Both the position numbers and the translations under genes were made by a program. A DNA stretch of 61,755 nucleotides, counting the filler, from Stramenopiles sp. TOSAG23-6 (Eukaryota), in assembly GCA_900128565.1 (NCBI GenBank). It is 18 parts of 18 records of this genome, joined end to end, with 100 filler letters (N's around TTAATTAATTAA, not from the genome) between each part and the next. Parts side by side here need not be neighbours in the genome. Positions count along the whole stretch, not along the records: positions 10,376 to 13,726 come from LT637545.1; positions 13,827 to 17,176 come from LT637546.1; positions 17,277 to 20,624 come from LT637547.1; positions 20,725 to 24,067 come from LT637548.1; 14 more parts are not named here. One strand, written 5' to 3'. Below, one piece after another: positions 12,373-23,299 of this stretch. Position 1 is the first letter of the stretch. Every line of letters begins with the position of its first letter. Under the pieces are notes generated by a model. It ran no database searches, was not told the DNA's origin, and saw nothing but the letters and a program-made list of their open reading frames with translations.

Positions 12373-13670
12373 TTAAAATGAAAAGAAAGCATCTACTTCA
12401 TTGTCTTTTGCCCATAATTTTAAATCGGTCATGATTGGCTTTCCACTTTTACGCATTAAAGTTTGACAATCAAACCCACTTGCATTGAGTAATGTAGCAG
12501 CTTCCGTCACAGATATTTGTGTTTGTAATGCCTTCAACGTAAACATCAGAAGTTTAGCTGCTCCTCCATAAATTACATATTCAGAGTCAATATTAGATAG
12601 AACCCATTTAAANTCAATGATCTGTTTTGCAATTAAAGTTGAAACAAATTCTGAAAAAAATTGCGGAGCTTTAGGTACGTCAATAGATATATCTTCCATA
12701 TTTTTGAGTGTATCAAATATACCAGTTTGTATGTTTTCTGAGGAAACGTATTTTGAATTAAATAAGGACACAACAAGTTCAATAGTGCGTTCCCGGGTGA
12801 CGGTTTCTTTTGGTGAACTATTTACAACAATGTTTAAAGCTAGTGTTACAAATATTTCTCTTTTTGGAAAGTTCATTTCTTTCATACATTCTTCTGCTTC
12901 ATTCACATCGTGTTCGTGTATGTATTCTTTAATTGTAGCATTACATTTTTTTGTATATAATTCTTCAGTCATTGGAACTGATTTTGGAGATTTTGCTACA
13001 GATTTTGCTACATTTTCAGTTGGAGAAATGACCGAAGGTTTTGAACTACCACCAGGTTTGAAGGACAAATTCAAATTTGATGGAACAGATGATTTTGCAT
13101 TTTTGAAGGCTCCTCGTACATCCTGAATATTCTGTTTGTTAGATGAATGAACTTTAGGCATGATGGGAGCACGATTACGTGAATCGCGATTTCGGTCACG
13201 ACGACGATTACCTCCACGATAATTACTTTTACCTCGAGAATGACCCATAGTTTCACGCGATTTAGCAATCTCTTCCTCCGCGGCCTTTTGACGAACTTCT
13301 GCCTTCGTAGTCGCTTTGTCTACTTCACGTCTTGGAATCCACTTATTGGCGCGCAACGCAATCACATCCTGAACCATTTATTTTGGAAAAATATTTCAAA
13401 ATTTTCTTAAAAAAAAAAATTGTTAGGTACAAAATTTCCTATAAAAAAAAAAAAAAATCATACAAAAATAAATAAAACATACATAAAACGCGTCCGACTG
13501 CACAATTTTTTATGTCTTGCTAGAATAGCCAGACGTTCGAAATATCGATCAACATAAGCTTTTACTTTTTTGTGATCAAAAATTTTACCAATATTAGTTA
13601 ATAGTTTACATACTGACTCCACGTAATCTTCTTCAGGAGTCTGAACATCAGTGAGGAGCATCGTAACGCA
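12373..13670 (-). CDS. EIF4G: Translation initiation factor eIF4G (end of MIF4G + MA3 domain), 5'-truncated
   Basis: VESVCKLLTNIGK, SRTRFM|VQDVIALRANKWIPRR, TIKEYIHEHDVNEAEEC, DISIDVPKAP. Confidence 0.9.
13376..13482 (-). other. Non-canonical intron GT...AT (ends AAT)
   Basis: TTT AT|GTATGT...CCAAAATAAAT|G GTT CAG restores RFMVQDV (family RFMLQDV). Confidence 0.85.
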
Positions 13671-13826
13671 AGTATTTTGGAAAAATATTTAAAAAAAAAA
13701 ATCGTTAGGTACAAAATTTCGTACGANNNNNNNNNNNNNNNNNNNNNNNNNNNNNNNNNNNNNNNNNNNNTTAATTAATTAANNNNNNNNNNNNNNNNNN
13801 NNNNNNNNNNNNNNNNNNNNNNNNNN

Positions 13827-13877
<51 letters not shown>

Positions 13878-13881
13878 ATAC

Positions 13882-14823
13882 TTGGTTCGGTCATATTCTA
13901 AAAGTTTTTTTTGTTGTGCTTCTGCAGCTTCAAGGGACATGGCTAATTTATCTGCTTGTGCACGTTGTCGATCAGCTCTTGTAGAGTAAATGCCTCGTCC
14001 TGTTCCATTTTTACGACTTCTTTGAACGTCCAATGCATTAAGAGGAGCTCCACAAAATTGGCATATTGTAAAAAAAAATATTTTTAGAAAAAAAAATATT
14101 AGGTTATATTATACAATTATAACAGGTTATATAATATAATATAATATAATATGTATATTACAAATGACAAATGACAAATGAAAAATGACAAAAAAATAAA
14201 TCATAGAAATGTATAGGATACATTTGCATAATACAATTGACATTTGAATTGGATGATAAAAACCTACATGGACCGAGTCCTTCAAGCTCACAAATAATTT
14301 TACCACATTCTAGACAATTTGTTAATACGCCTACTCCAGAACCATGCGTATAGTAATCTTTTCTATTAGAATCTTTACTGTTATATTGAGGAGTTTTCTT
14401 TACAACTTTCCATTTTTGTCTTGATAAAGTATTTGTTGCTTTCACTTGGTCTTGAGGCATTTGACCTTCTTTAGGTACATTATTTATTTTAGGCTTTCCT
14501 CGCTTCGTTTTATTTCGTGTCTTTCGTGTAATGGGTACAGCTGTGCGTGATTGACGAACAGGTTTATGTCTCTCATCTTCTTGTAAACGTCGTGCTATAT
14601 CAGCGTCACTCTCTTGAGGAGTTATACTAATACGTCTTTTTATTAGCTCTTTCGCAAATTTTCGAGCTGCATCTTCACTACCAAAGTATCCCATAGAAAA
14701 ATTAACCAATGTGGGCTCATCTTCAATACTAATGAGGTAATCTGCTATTTGATCTGTGTCATTGAATCCTAACTCTCGTCGGAGGCTTTTCTTTGCCCAT
14801 TTTTTCAAAGCAGCAGCATTCAT
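13882..14823 (-). CDS. TRIP4: Activating signal cointegrator 1 (C2HC5 zinc finger), 3'-truncated; intron 14063-14267 (GT...AT)
   Basis: NCLECGKIICELEGLGP|CQFCGAP and KLLEYDRT; the zinc finger is restored only by CCA T|GTAGGT...ACAATAT|GC. Confidence 0.85.
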
Positions 14824-15323
14824 TGTATTAAAAAAATGTAGCGAGGTGCTTTTGTTGGTGGCCAGGCCAACAACAACAACAACAACAACAGTTGACAAGT
14901 GCTTGACAAGTTTTATAATTATTCGCAATTTGCCGAGAGCGAGGCAAATGGCAGCTTTGTTCCAATTTATCAATTTACATCGATCGATACACATCGATAC
15001 ATGTCTTGCAAAACAAACACAACAAAGCGCTGGTAAATTAGCCCAGCGTCAGGAAGTACTACAATTACTGTCAGATAAACACAACTCTGAAATATTACTA
15101 CCAGTATAATCTTGGTTTTTATTTTTCAATATCCACATTTCTACATACTGTCAGTTCAGGAGGTGGCGTCCTAGGTCAGGAGCGCAAAAAAAAACATCGG
15201 AAAACGTTTTTGGATTTTAGCCGAAACACCGAAATACAATTTGTTTATTAAAGAACTTGGGATTCTGCAAATATTAAATGATTTCTGATGTTCGATCAAA
15301 ATACTTCAAATGTTGTAAAGTCA

Positions 15324-15611
15324 TTACAGGTGACGCAATAACGCAGCACTCAGAGCAGCGCCTGTCAAAAAGTATCCAGCAGCCTTAAGTGCCTCACGAG
15401 TTTGAAGAGCACTCAAAACATAATCAAGATAACCTTGTTGTGGTGGTTCGTTAGATCCTTGTTCAACGAGTGTTTGTGATGGTGGTTCGTTGGATTCTTG
15501 TCGAACGAGTACTCCATTATTAGCAGCCTCGCGAGCATCTTCAGGTAAAACCACGGTTCCCGGCGGAGATGCTGATGAAGTTATATCTGATTGATCTAAA
15601 AAAAATTGCAA
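15324..15611 (-). CDS. Small hypothetical protein with hydrophobic C-terminus
   Basis: GC-richer ORF with an internal repeat (QESNEPP/QGSNEPP); start uncertain. Confidence 0.4.
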   Translation of the reverse strand: MQFFLDQSDITSSASPPGTVVLPEDAREAANNGVLVRQESNEPPSQTLVEQGSNEPPQQGYLDYVLSALQTREALKAAGYFLTGAALSAALLRHL

Positions 15612-16082
15612 ATTTTCATTTTTTTCAAAATTTTAATTTCGAAAAAGTTTGAATTTTTGGAAATTTTTAACATTACTTTTTGTTGCGTACGAAATTTACT
15701 AGTACGACAAAAACAAATTGTAAAAAGAAATTATTTATGTACATTAGGTACAAAAAAATGTTACGAATTTCATAATACACACTACAACACTACAAATAGT
15801 CCATGTATTTTGGAAAATATTTCAAAAAAATCTAAAAAAAATTGTTAGGTACAAAATGTCGTCCGAAAAATGAATTCAAAATTGAAAAAAAAATATAATA
15901 CATACATTCACTTCTCTTAACATTAGATACAAAAGTAAGAGTAAAAAAAAGGTAAGAGTATAACCCTACTATAATATTTTTATTGAATTGAAAAAAAAAA
16001 TAAAAATAAAAAGCCTTATTGTAAATCATTTTTTCATTTTTTATCCATCAAAATTCAATTAAAATGTCCATTTCAAAACATT

Positions 16083-17124
16083 TTATGGTACACGTGAAAA
16101 TTCAACTATTCTAGAAGCAGGTCTGTACACCACAAAGGAAAAATCAGCAGGGAAAGATCCAGGATTCCTGCAATGTATGTATATATATACATTTTTTTTT
16201 AAATTATGAAAAATAAATAAAAATAAGAAAAATAAAAAAAAAAATCTGAAACATTTCAATGAAAAAACAATATTTCATGTTATATCAAAAAAAAATTCTG
16301 AAAAAACATACATTGCTTGACATCCTTCATAATGGTTAAGATACTGATCATAATCATCAGCTAAAATCATTGCATCAGGTAGTGGGTACAAATACATTGA
16401 ATGATCAAGTGCCCAATGGATAGGTTTGACATACATTTTCAGAAAATATTTTGTTTTTGTTTTTGTTTTTGTTAGGTACAAATTTTACTATGAAAAAATA
16501 AATCGATATGTAATAGAAATTAAAATGTACATGCGGAGGAAGAGGACATAAGTGTCCTTGATCACAGACTGTTTTCAATAAATGATTTAAAATAGGATCA
16601 CTTTTTTCATTATTTTCTTCAATGACGTCACCATTTTCATCCAAATTATGAATAATTTCTCCATTTTCATCACATTCCTGCTCGTCTGTTGTCATAACAG
16701 AATCATTTGGATGTATGATACAATTTCTTCTCAATTTACTTAAAATATTTTCACGAAATAATACAATTTCTTGAGTATAATAGCGAATGCGACACGGATT
16801 TGTCGCGAATGTTGCAGTGGGTAACAATTGCATTAATCTTTTTGTAAATACTTTAGGAATGGGAGCACGTGGTAAACATCCTGAACCTCCTGCATCTGTT
16901 GGGCCAGGGACGAAAATAAATCGCGATTTTGAAATCAAATTTTTATGAGGTGAAATGATGGATGTCAACTTATTAAAATAACTCGTTAAATTTCCTCGAT
17001 CATCTTCTCCCTGACCAAATGGTTGCGACGTGAAATTACCACATAGGATAAACAATGTCGGCGGGCATTCATTAAATCCTTCAAAAAGTGAACTTAATTT
17101 ACCCAGGACACGAGAGTCATCTAA
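16083..17124 (-). CDS. POLE2: DNA polymerase epsilon subunit B, 5'-truncated
   Basis: PPTLFILCGNF, FIFVPGPTD, TNPCRIRYYTQEIVLFRE, QGHLCPLP, YPLPDAMILAD, NPGSF. Confidence 0.93.
16168..16311 (-). other. Canonical GT-AG intron lacking the TACCTAAC motif
   Basis: GCA AT|GTATGT...TTGCAG|G AAT CCT GGA gives AMNPGSF. Confidence 0.85.
16431..16530 (-). other. Non-canonical intron GT...AT (ends TAT)
   Basis: CCG CAT|GTACAT...GAAAATGTAT|GTC AAA CCT gives PLPPHVKPIHW (family PLPLYVCPVYW); no AG between the motif and the junction. Confidence 0.87.
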
Positions 17125-17276
17125 ATGTATTTTGGAAAAATATTTCAAAAAAAAATCTAAAAAATTTGTTAGGTACNNNNNNNNNNNNNNNNNNNNNNNN
17201 NNNNNNNNNNNNNNNNNNNNTTAATTAATTAANNNNNNNNNNNNNNNNNNNNNNNNNNNNNNNNNNNNNNNNNNNN

Positions 17277-18207
17277 GTGTAGTATATTGTAAAGGGATTA
17301 ACTTGACTGGAACTGATGGTAGCTGAGTTTCGACGGGTATGTATACGTCGTTACCCTCTGATCTGCTAATATCAACATAGCAGTACGTAAACATTAAAGT
17401 TCCATCAGCAACCACTTTAAAAGAAACAACTTCTTTATATGAAACAGTCTGATTTTTATCAAGAACGAACCTCGAGCTCAGTGGGTTGTTTTGACAGATC
17501 GGTGTCAACGCCAACGAGCCGTCAGAGAGCTTCAAGAAACTACATTGTGGCTTTGGTGGTTGTGTATTACTATCGCTAACACAAATTACACCAGTTGATG
17601 TTGTACTTGGTGGAACGGCAATTGTAATCGTTGGATTTTCTTGACAGTTCTGACAATCCTGTTTCCCGCAACTGCACTTCAACGAAAACTTGGTTATAAC
17701 ATTTATATTTTTTTGTTTTACGTCATCCCTAGAAACTTTTATTGAATGTGCAAGGTTTGGTTGCTTTTTCGATACATCTGCTAACATTCCATTTTTAAAT
17801 GTATAATGGTATTGATATATTTTGCGGTGTTGTGGTAATGCGAAGCAAGCTATTACCAAAATTGGTCCTTTTGTAAACAACTTCGTGTCTCCTTGTTTTT
17901 TACAAAATGAGTCAGCGGACGGTTTAATTGTTATTATCGGATATGTACTAAAGCTACAACCCCACACGTTAGGATCTGAAGCAGAGTCTATTTTGAATAA
18001 TCCATAATGAATATTCTGAGGGATAAAGGCTAAAACATTTGTGCACGGCAAATAGAAACTTGTGCAATCCTTGTTTGAACAGAGAAAACCGGGAAGGTTA
18101 GGATTGTCGCACGTGCATGGAGTTAACACTCCCAAATTCGAACCACATACTCGTGATGGTTGAAGTTCAATTATAATGGCTAGAAACAGGGGGAATAATT
18201 TCATCAT
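17277..18207 (-). CDS. Secreted cysteine-rich hypothetical protein, 3'-truncated
   Basis: Signal-peptide-like start, many Cys, intronless open frame to the contig end. Confidence 0.65.
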
Positions 18208-18479
18208 AATCCAGTGTATTGTTGTGTTTTTACCCTATGATGTTCTTTTTTTCACAGCGTTACCAAAAAGACGTTTGAAAAAAAAAATTTAAAAAAAAAA
18301 AAAAACACGAAAAATATTCCCTTTTTATTTTTGGAAATTAGTATTGAATTTCTAGAAAATAATGAAAGATAGAAACAAACCAATACTAGAATATGCTTTT
18401 TTTTTTCAACAGAAATAAAGCAATTGTACTCTTTTTTTCAGAGTCACTCATCATTTCCAAAATTTTACGTAAAATTGAC

Positions 18480-20482
18480 TTAGAAGCTGGAATTCCTTCT
18501 GCGTCTACTTATGTTTTTTCCAATTGCATGTATTGTGAAAAAAACAGGAAATAACAAAAAAAAATCGTTAGGTACGAAAGTTCGTACGAAAAAAATAATT
18601 TAGATAAAAATTGAAAAAAATAAAATAAAACGTACATGCACTTCAAATCCAATCGTTTCAACTTCTTCATGATTGAGTATATTTCTACCATCAAAAAGAA
18701 AAGCCGGTTTTTCCATACCATCATAAATTTTTTGGTAGTCAAATTCTTTAAAACAGTCCCATTCAGTTAAAATTGCAATTGCATGAGCTTTCTTCATCGT
18801 GTCATATGGTTTATGATTTTCCAAAGAAATCATCTTTCGTAAACCGGGTACCGTTTCTTCAGTGATACCACAGGTGTACTTTAACTCTTTGAACATTTCT
18901 TCTTCAGTCACTTGTGGGTCGTATACAGCAATAGTAGCTCTTTCGCCGAGTAATGCTTTAGCAATGTACGCAGCGGCTTGAAATGCAAAAAAATATTTGA
19001 AATTTTTTTTTTTTTTTTTTTGTTAGGTACGAAGTTTCCTATGAAAAAAAAAAGTCGACGTACAATAGCCATTATGTAAACATACAGTTTCTCGAGTATC
19101 GCCTGTATTTTTTTTAAATGCAAATCCAAGTAATGCAATTTTCTTTCCCGTAACTGTGTTAAACATACTTATTTTGTAAAAAATATTTTTTTTTTTTTTG
19201 AAAAAATATTTTTTTGTTAGGTACAAATTTTACTACAAAAAAAAATTTAAAAAAAAAAAAAAATTTGACATACTTTGAATAATTCTTTGAGAAAAACGAT
19301 TTTTTTGATAATTATTCATTGTAATCACAGATAGCCAATAGTCAGCAACTTCAGGTAAATTAAATGATTTACAAAGATATACCAAATTCAAAATATCTTT
19401 TTGAAAACAAGATCCTCCAAAGCCAACACTTGCTTGTAGAAAATTAGATGTATGAAAAAAAANATTTNAAAAAAAAAANTNGTTNGNTANGNTTGAATTC
19501 TCTAGGGTTAGGGTTAGATGTTGAGATTGAAAAAAAAATTTTAATTTTTTTTTTTAAATTAAAAATACGTCCAATACGTGGATCTGTGCCAATGGCATGA
19601 GCCACCTCAGCAACATTTGCATTCGTTTTTTCACACAATGCACTGATGGAGTTAATTGATGAGATCCGCTGTGCAAGGAATGCATTGGCCACTAATTTCG
19701 ATAATTCTGAAGACCATGGACTACAAAAAAAATATTTCAAAACAGTTTGAAATCGTTAGGTACGAAATTTCGTACGAAATGTTTTTTTTTGGAAAAAGGG
19801 GAAAATTAATGAATTATGAAAGCATACACAATGATGATGTAATTATTTTAGCTTTGGGTACCCAATGCGCATAAATAGCACACAACTTCGCTATCGCTTT
19901 TTGTCCGCTGGGTGTTCCCTGACCACCAATTAGAACTCGTGAAGGATTAGACAAATCGCGGATGGCAGTCCCTTCGGCTAAAAATTCAGGATTTGATAAA
20001 ATATCGAAAGTGACACCATTCTTACATGTTGATGATAAAATGCGTTGCAATGCGTAAGCTGTTTTTACTGGAACTGTAGATTTTTCAACCACAACTTTTG
20101 ACGTTGTTGATACTTCTGCAATTTTGCGGGCCGCTTTCTCCAGATTTGTAAGATTTGAAGCACAACCAGCGCCAATACCGTACGCTTTAGTCGGAGTATT
20201 CACACAAACAAAAATGATTTCTGCATCAGCAATCTCTTTATCAATATTTGTATTAAAAAAAAGGTTTTTTCCACGTACTTTTTGAATAATTTCCTCAAGG
20301 CCAGGTTCAAATATTGGAAGTTTTTCTGAGTTCCAACGATCAACCTGAGCTTGACTAATATCTACAACTGCGACGCGGATATGAGGGCATTTGTTTGCAA
20401 TCATTGCCATTGTTGGCCCTCCAACATACCCAGCTCCAATGCAGCATATACGCGTCGTAAACTGATTTGATGCGGATGACAT
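18480..20482 (-). CDS. UGDH: UDP-glucose 6-dehydrogenase, complete, 6 exons
   Basis: [69 protein letters not shown]; introns 19716-19827, 19448-19568, 19169-19273, 18978-19085, 18528-18635. Confidence 0.97.
18528..18635 (-). other. UGDH intron 5, GT...AT
   Basis: GTG CAT|GTACGT...CAATACAT|GCA ATT GGA = FEVHAIGK. Confidence 0.87.
18978..19085 (-). other. UGDH intron 4, GT...AA
   Basis: GAA ACT|GTATGT...GCATTTCAA|GCC GCT = RETAAAYIAK; using the AG one nt later frameshifts. Confidence 0.85.
19169..19273 (-). other. UGDH intron 3, GT...AA
   Basis: CAA A|GTATGT...CAAAATAA|GT ATG TTT = IQSMFNTV. Confidence 0.85.
19448..19568 (-). other. UGDH intron 2, GT...AT
   Basis: GGA C|GTATTT...CATACAT|CT AAT TTT = [12 protein letters not shown]; some Ns inside. 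Confidence 0.8.
19716..19827 (-). other. UGDH intron 1, GT...AT
   Basis: TTG T|GTATGC...GTAGTCCAT|GG TCT = LWSS; the AG 5 nt upstream is out of frame. Confidence 0.88.
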
Positions 20483-21012
20483 TATAAAACACTAAAATAT
20501 TTTCAACTTTCTTGTTCAACAAGGACTTGAAGTTGATTGGTTGTTGATTGATGATTTTTAAACGTAGGTGGTAATATTTTGTTTAAAATGTTTTCGGGTT
20601 AGGGTTAGGGTTTGAGAAATAAATNNNNNNNNNNNNNNNNNNNNNNNNNNNNNNNNNNNNNNNNNNNNTTAATTAATTAANNNNNNNNNNNNNNNNNNNN
20701 NNNNNNNNNNNNNNNNNNNNNNNNTTGTACCTAACAAAAATTAATTTTTTTTTTTGAAATATTTTTCCAAAATACATGTTTCCGTGAATTCTTTTTACTT
20801 ATTATTATGTTAATTATGTTTGTGTGTACTTTTTTATTTATGAAAATTGTACCAAAACCTTAGTATTATTTGATTTTCTTTACTAGAATGATGATAAATT
20901 GTTGTTTATTTTTGATATTTTGTGTTTACTTATAAAATTCTTAAAAATCTGTTCATTCAAATGTTCATTCAAATGTTCATTCAAAGGTTCATTCAAATGT
21001 TCATTCAAATAA

Positions 21013-22968
21013 TCATGATATAGACCATTTAGGTGTAATATTAAAACTTTTTGGAATTTTTGGTGTGTTCTTATCTTTATGATTTCGTGGTGACGCTCGT
21101 GAAATTTGTCCTGTTCTACTCGATGATCTCGATGATTGTGTTCTTTCCTGCTGAACACGTTTCTTACCTCTTCGATTGCGACGTTTTTTATTTTTTTGAT
21201 CATTTGAGCGAATTGGTTGTGGTCCCCATCCGGGCATCCCTTCACAATCTTTGATAAGCGATGGAGGAGTATAATCCATTTTATATTTTGGATCATTTAA
21301 AATGGATTCTGGGATAAAAATATCTTTTCCTTTTTTACCACGTGGACCTCCCATGTGAGAATAAGATTTTCGAAGCTCTCCATTCTTATTAGCCATAACT
21401 GGACCAAATGAACTTTCTACAAAATCATTATAACTATCATTGATGTCACCACTTTCAAAACTCCGTCTTGAAGATGAACTCATAGTACGTTCTTTTTCAT
21501 GGCCTACGGAAAGCATATGCTGTACAAATTCTACTTTTTCCCTGCCAGTAGCAGGTCTACTACCACCTCTGCTGCGACTTCGAGTGGAATAACCAGCAGC
21601 AGTGACAACTCGTTTGCCTCCACGAAGGCGAAGAAAACGCGCAGTATTTGTCATACTAAAACTACTTGTCGCTTTAATACGGCCACACGTTTCGTCATCA
21701 AACTTAAAACCCTGTATTAATTTAGAAAGATCTTCTGTTTCACTAAAATCATCAACTATAATATCTGTTTCATTCTCATCATTTGCATTCCTGAATTTTG
21801 TCAAATCGGCTACAATACATGTGAACCATTCAGACCATTCTTCAAAATAAAGTTCCTCGTTATTACTATGTTCACACAATGCAAGTAAAGGCCGACTCAA
21901 CTCCTTCCTCATTTCAGGTCCAAGATTTGAACCACCAGGTAAGAACGATGACCAAACCCAATCTGTTAACATTTNNNNNNNNNNNNNNNNNNNNNNNNNN
22001 NNNNNNNNNNNNNNNNNNNNNNNNNNNNNNNNNNNNNNNNNNNNNNNNNNNNNNNNNNNNNNNNNNNNNNNNNNNNNNNNNNNNNNNNNNNNAACACTAC
22101 GCCGCGAAACACTACGCCGCGAAACACTACGCCGCGAAATACTGCGATTTGATCGAGCTCTACTAGATAATGCTCTATTGGAGATTCCCCTACTTGATAT
22201 AGCTCTACGAGAAGAAATATGTCTACTTATTGCATGACTTGATCCAATTCTACGGCTAAGAGCCCGACTAGAATTAATACGTTTACTAACTGGTCTTATT
22301 CCACTGGAACCACTCATACGACTATTTCGTCCACTGCTAAAGTCATCGAACATTTCATCGTGAAGCGTTCTACTTATTGTATCATCGTCATCTTCATCAC
22401 CATCTGACAAAGACCCAATCTCATTTAGTGGTGTTAAAAGTAGTGATTCCATTAACTCTAATAATTCTACTCTTTCACGATTATTATAACCAGATAAAAT
22501 ACCAAAGTCAGATGCAAAACCCGCAGCACCCAATTCTCTCTCTAAATGAACATTAATTTCTTCTTCAATGTTCTTGTTAGAATTGTTTCCCTTGCTTTTA
22601 ATATTTTGAGTGATATGATTTGGTAATTGTGACTTCATGTGTCCAACAATATCATCTTCAAGGGCAGCGATTGATAACAATGAACAAACACCATTCCACA
22701 TTTTTATCTTTTGTTTTTCTTTTACTATTTTATTTTCATCGTAAACATTGATTTCAACGGTGTTTTCCTCTTTTGTTTCCTCTTTTGTTTCCTCTTTTGT
22801 TTCCTCTTTTGTTTCAACTTTTGTTTCAACTTTTGTTTCAACTTTTGTTTCATCACTCTTTTCATCTTGTGTTTCATTATTTGTTTCATTTCTATTTCTA
22901 TTTGGTGTTCCATTATTTGTTTCATTAGTATTATCTATTGGTACCATTGGTGCATTTGTCTTTGATTC
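21013..22968 (-). CDS. Large low-complexity hypothetical protein (ETKV/ETKE and Ser/Arg repeats), spans a gap
   Basis: Long ORF; upstream intron end ...CACTATACAT|GAA is in frame. Confidence 0.6.
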   Translation of the reverse strand, partial: ESKTNAPMVPIDNTNETNNGTPNRNRNETNNETQDEKSDETKVETKVETKVETKEETKEETKEETKEENTVEINVYDENKIVKEKQKIKMWNGVCSLLSIAALEDDIVGHMKSQLPNHITQNIKSKGNNSNKNIEEEINVHLERELGAAGFASDFGILSGYNNRERVELLELMESLLLTPLNEIGSLSDGDEDDDDTISRTLHDEMFDDFSSGRNSRMSGSSGIRPVSKRINSSRALSRRIGSSHAISRHISSRRAISSRGISNRALSSRARSNRSISRRSVSRRSVSRRSVXXXXXXXXXXXXXXXXXXXXXXXXXXXXXXXXXXXXXXXXMLTDWVWSSFLPGGSNLGPEMRKELSRPLLALCEHSNNEELYFEEWSEWFTCIVADLTKFRNANDENETDIIVDDFSETEDLSKLIQGFKFDDETCGRIKATSSFSMTNTARFLRLRGGKRVVTAAGYSTRSRSRGGSRPATGREKVEFVQHMLSVGHEKERTMSSSSRRSFESGDINDSYNDFVESSFGPVMANKNGELRKSYSHMGGPRGKKGKDIFIPESILNDPKYKMDYTPPSLIKDCEGMPGWGPQPIRSNDQKNKKRRNRRGKKRVQQERTQSSRSSSRTGQISRASPRNHKDKNTPKIPKSFNITPKWSIS

Positions 22969-23299
22969 ATGTATAGTGAAATATATATTAATGAAATAAA
23001 AGTTAGAAAAAAATATTATTTTGAAAAAAAAAATGGCTTAATTTCTAGGGTTAGGGAAAAATGGCTTAAATTCTAGGGTTAGGGTTTCGTAGGCTTAGGG
23101 TTGGGGGTTTTGAACACAGATTTGTTAGGTACAAAATTTACTATGAAAAAAAAAACGATATAAAAATTTGTTNNNNNNNNNNNNNNNNNNNNNNNNNNNN
23201 NNNNNNNNNNNNNNNNNNNNNNNNNNNNNNNNNNNNNNNNNNNNNNNNAAAAAAAAAACGATTTTTTTGGGGGGGTTAAAAAAAAAAAAAAAGACATGT

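Noticed and set aside
18528..19827. U12 (minor spliceosome) explanation for the odd termini
   Set aside because: Donors are GTATGT/GTACGT rather than RTATCCTT, and TACCTAAC lies about 35-47 nt from the end, further than typical U12 branch sites.
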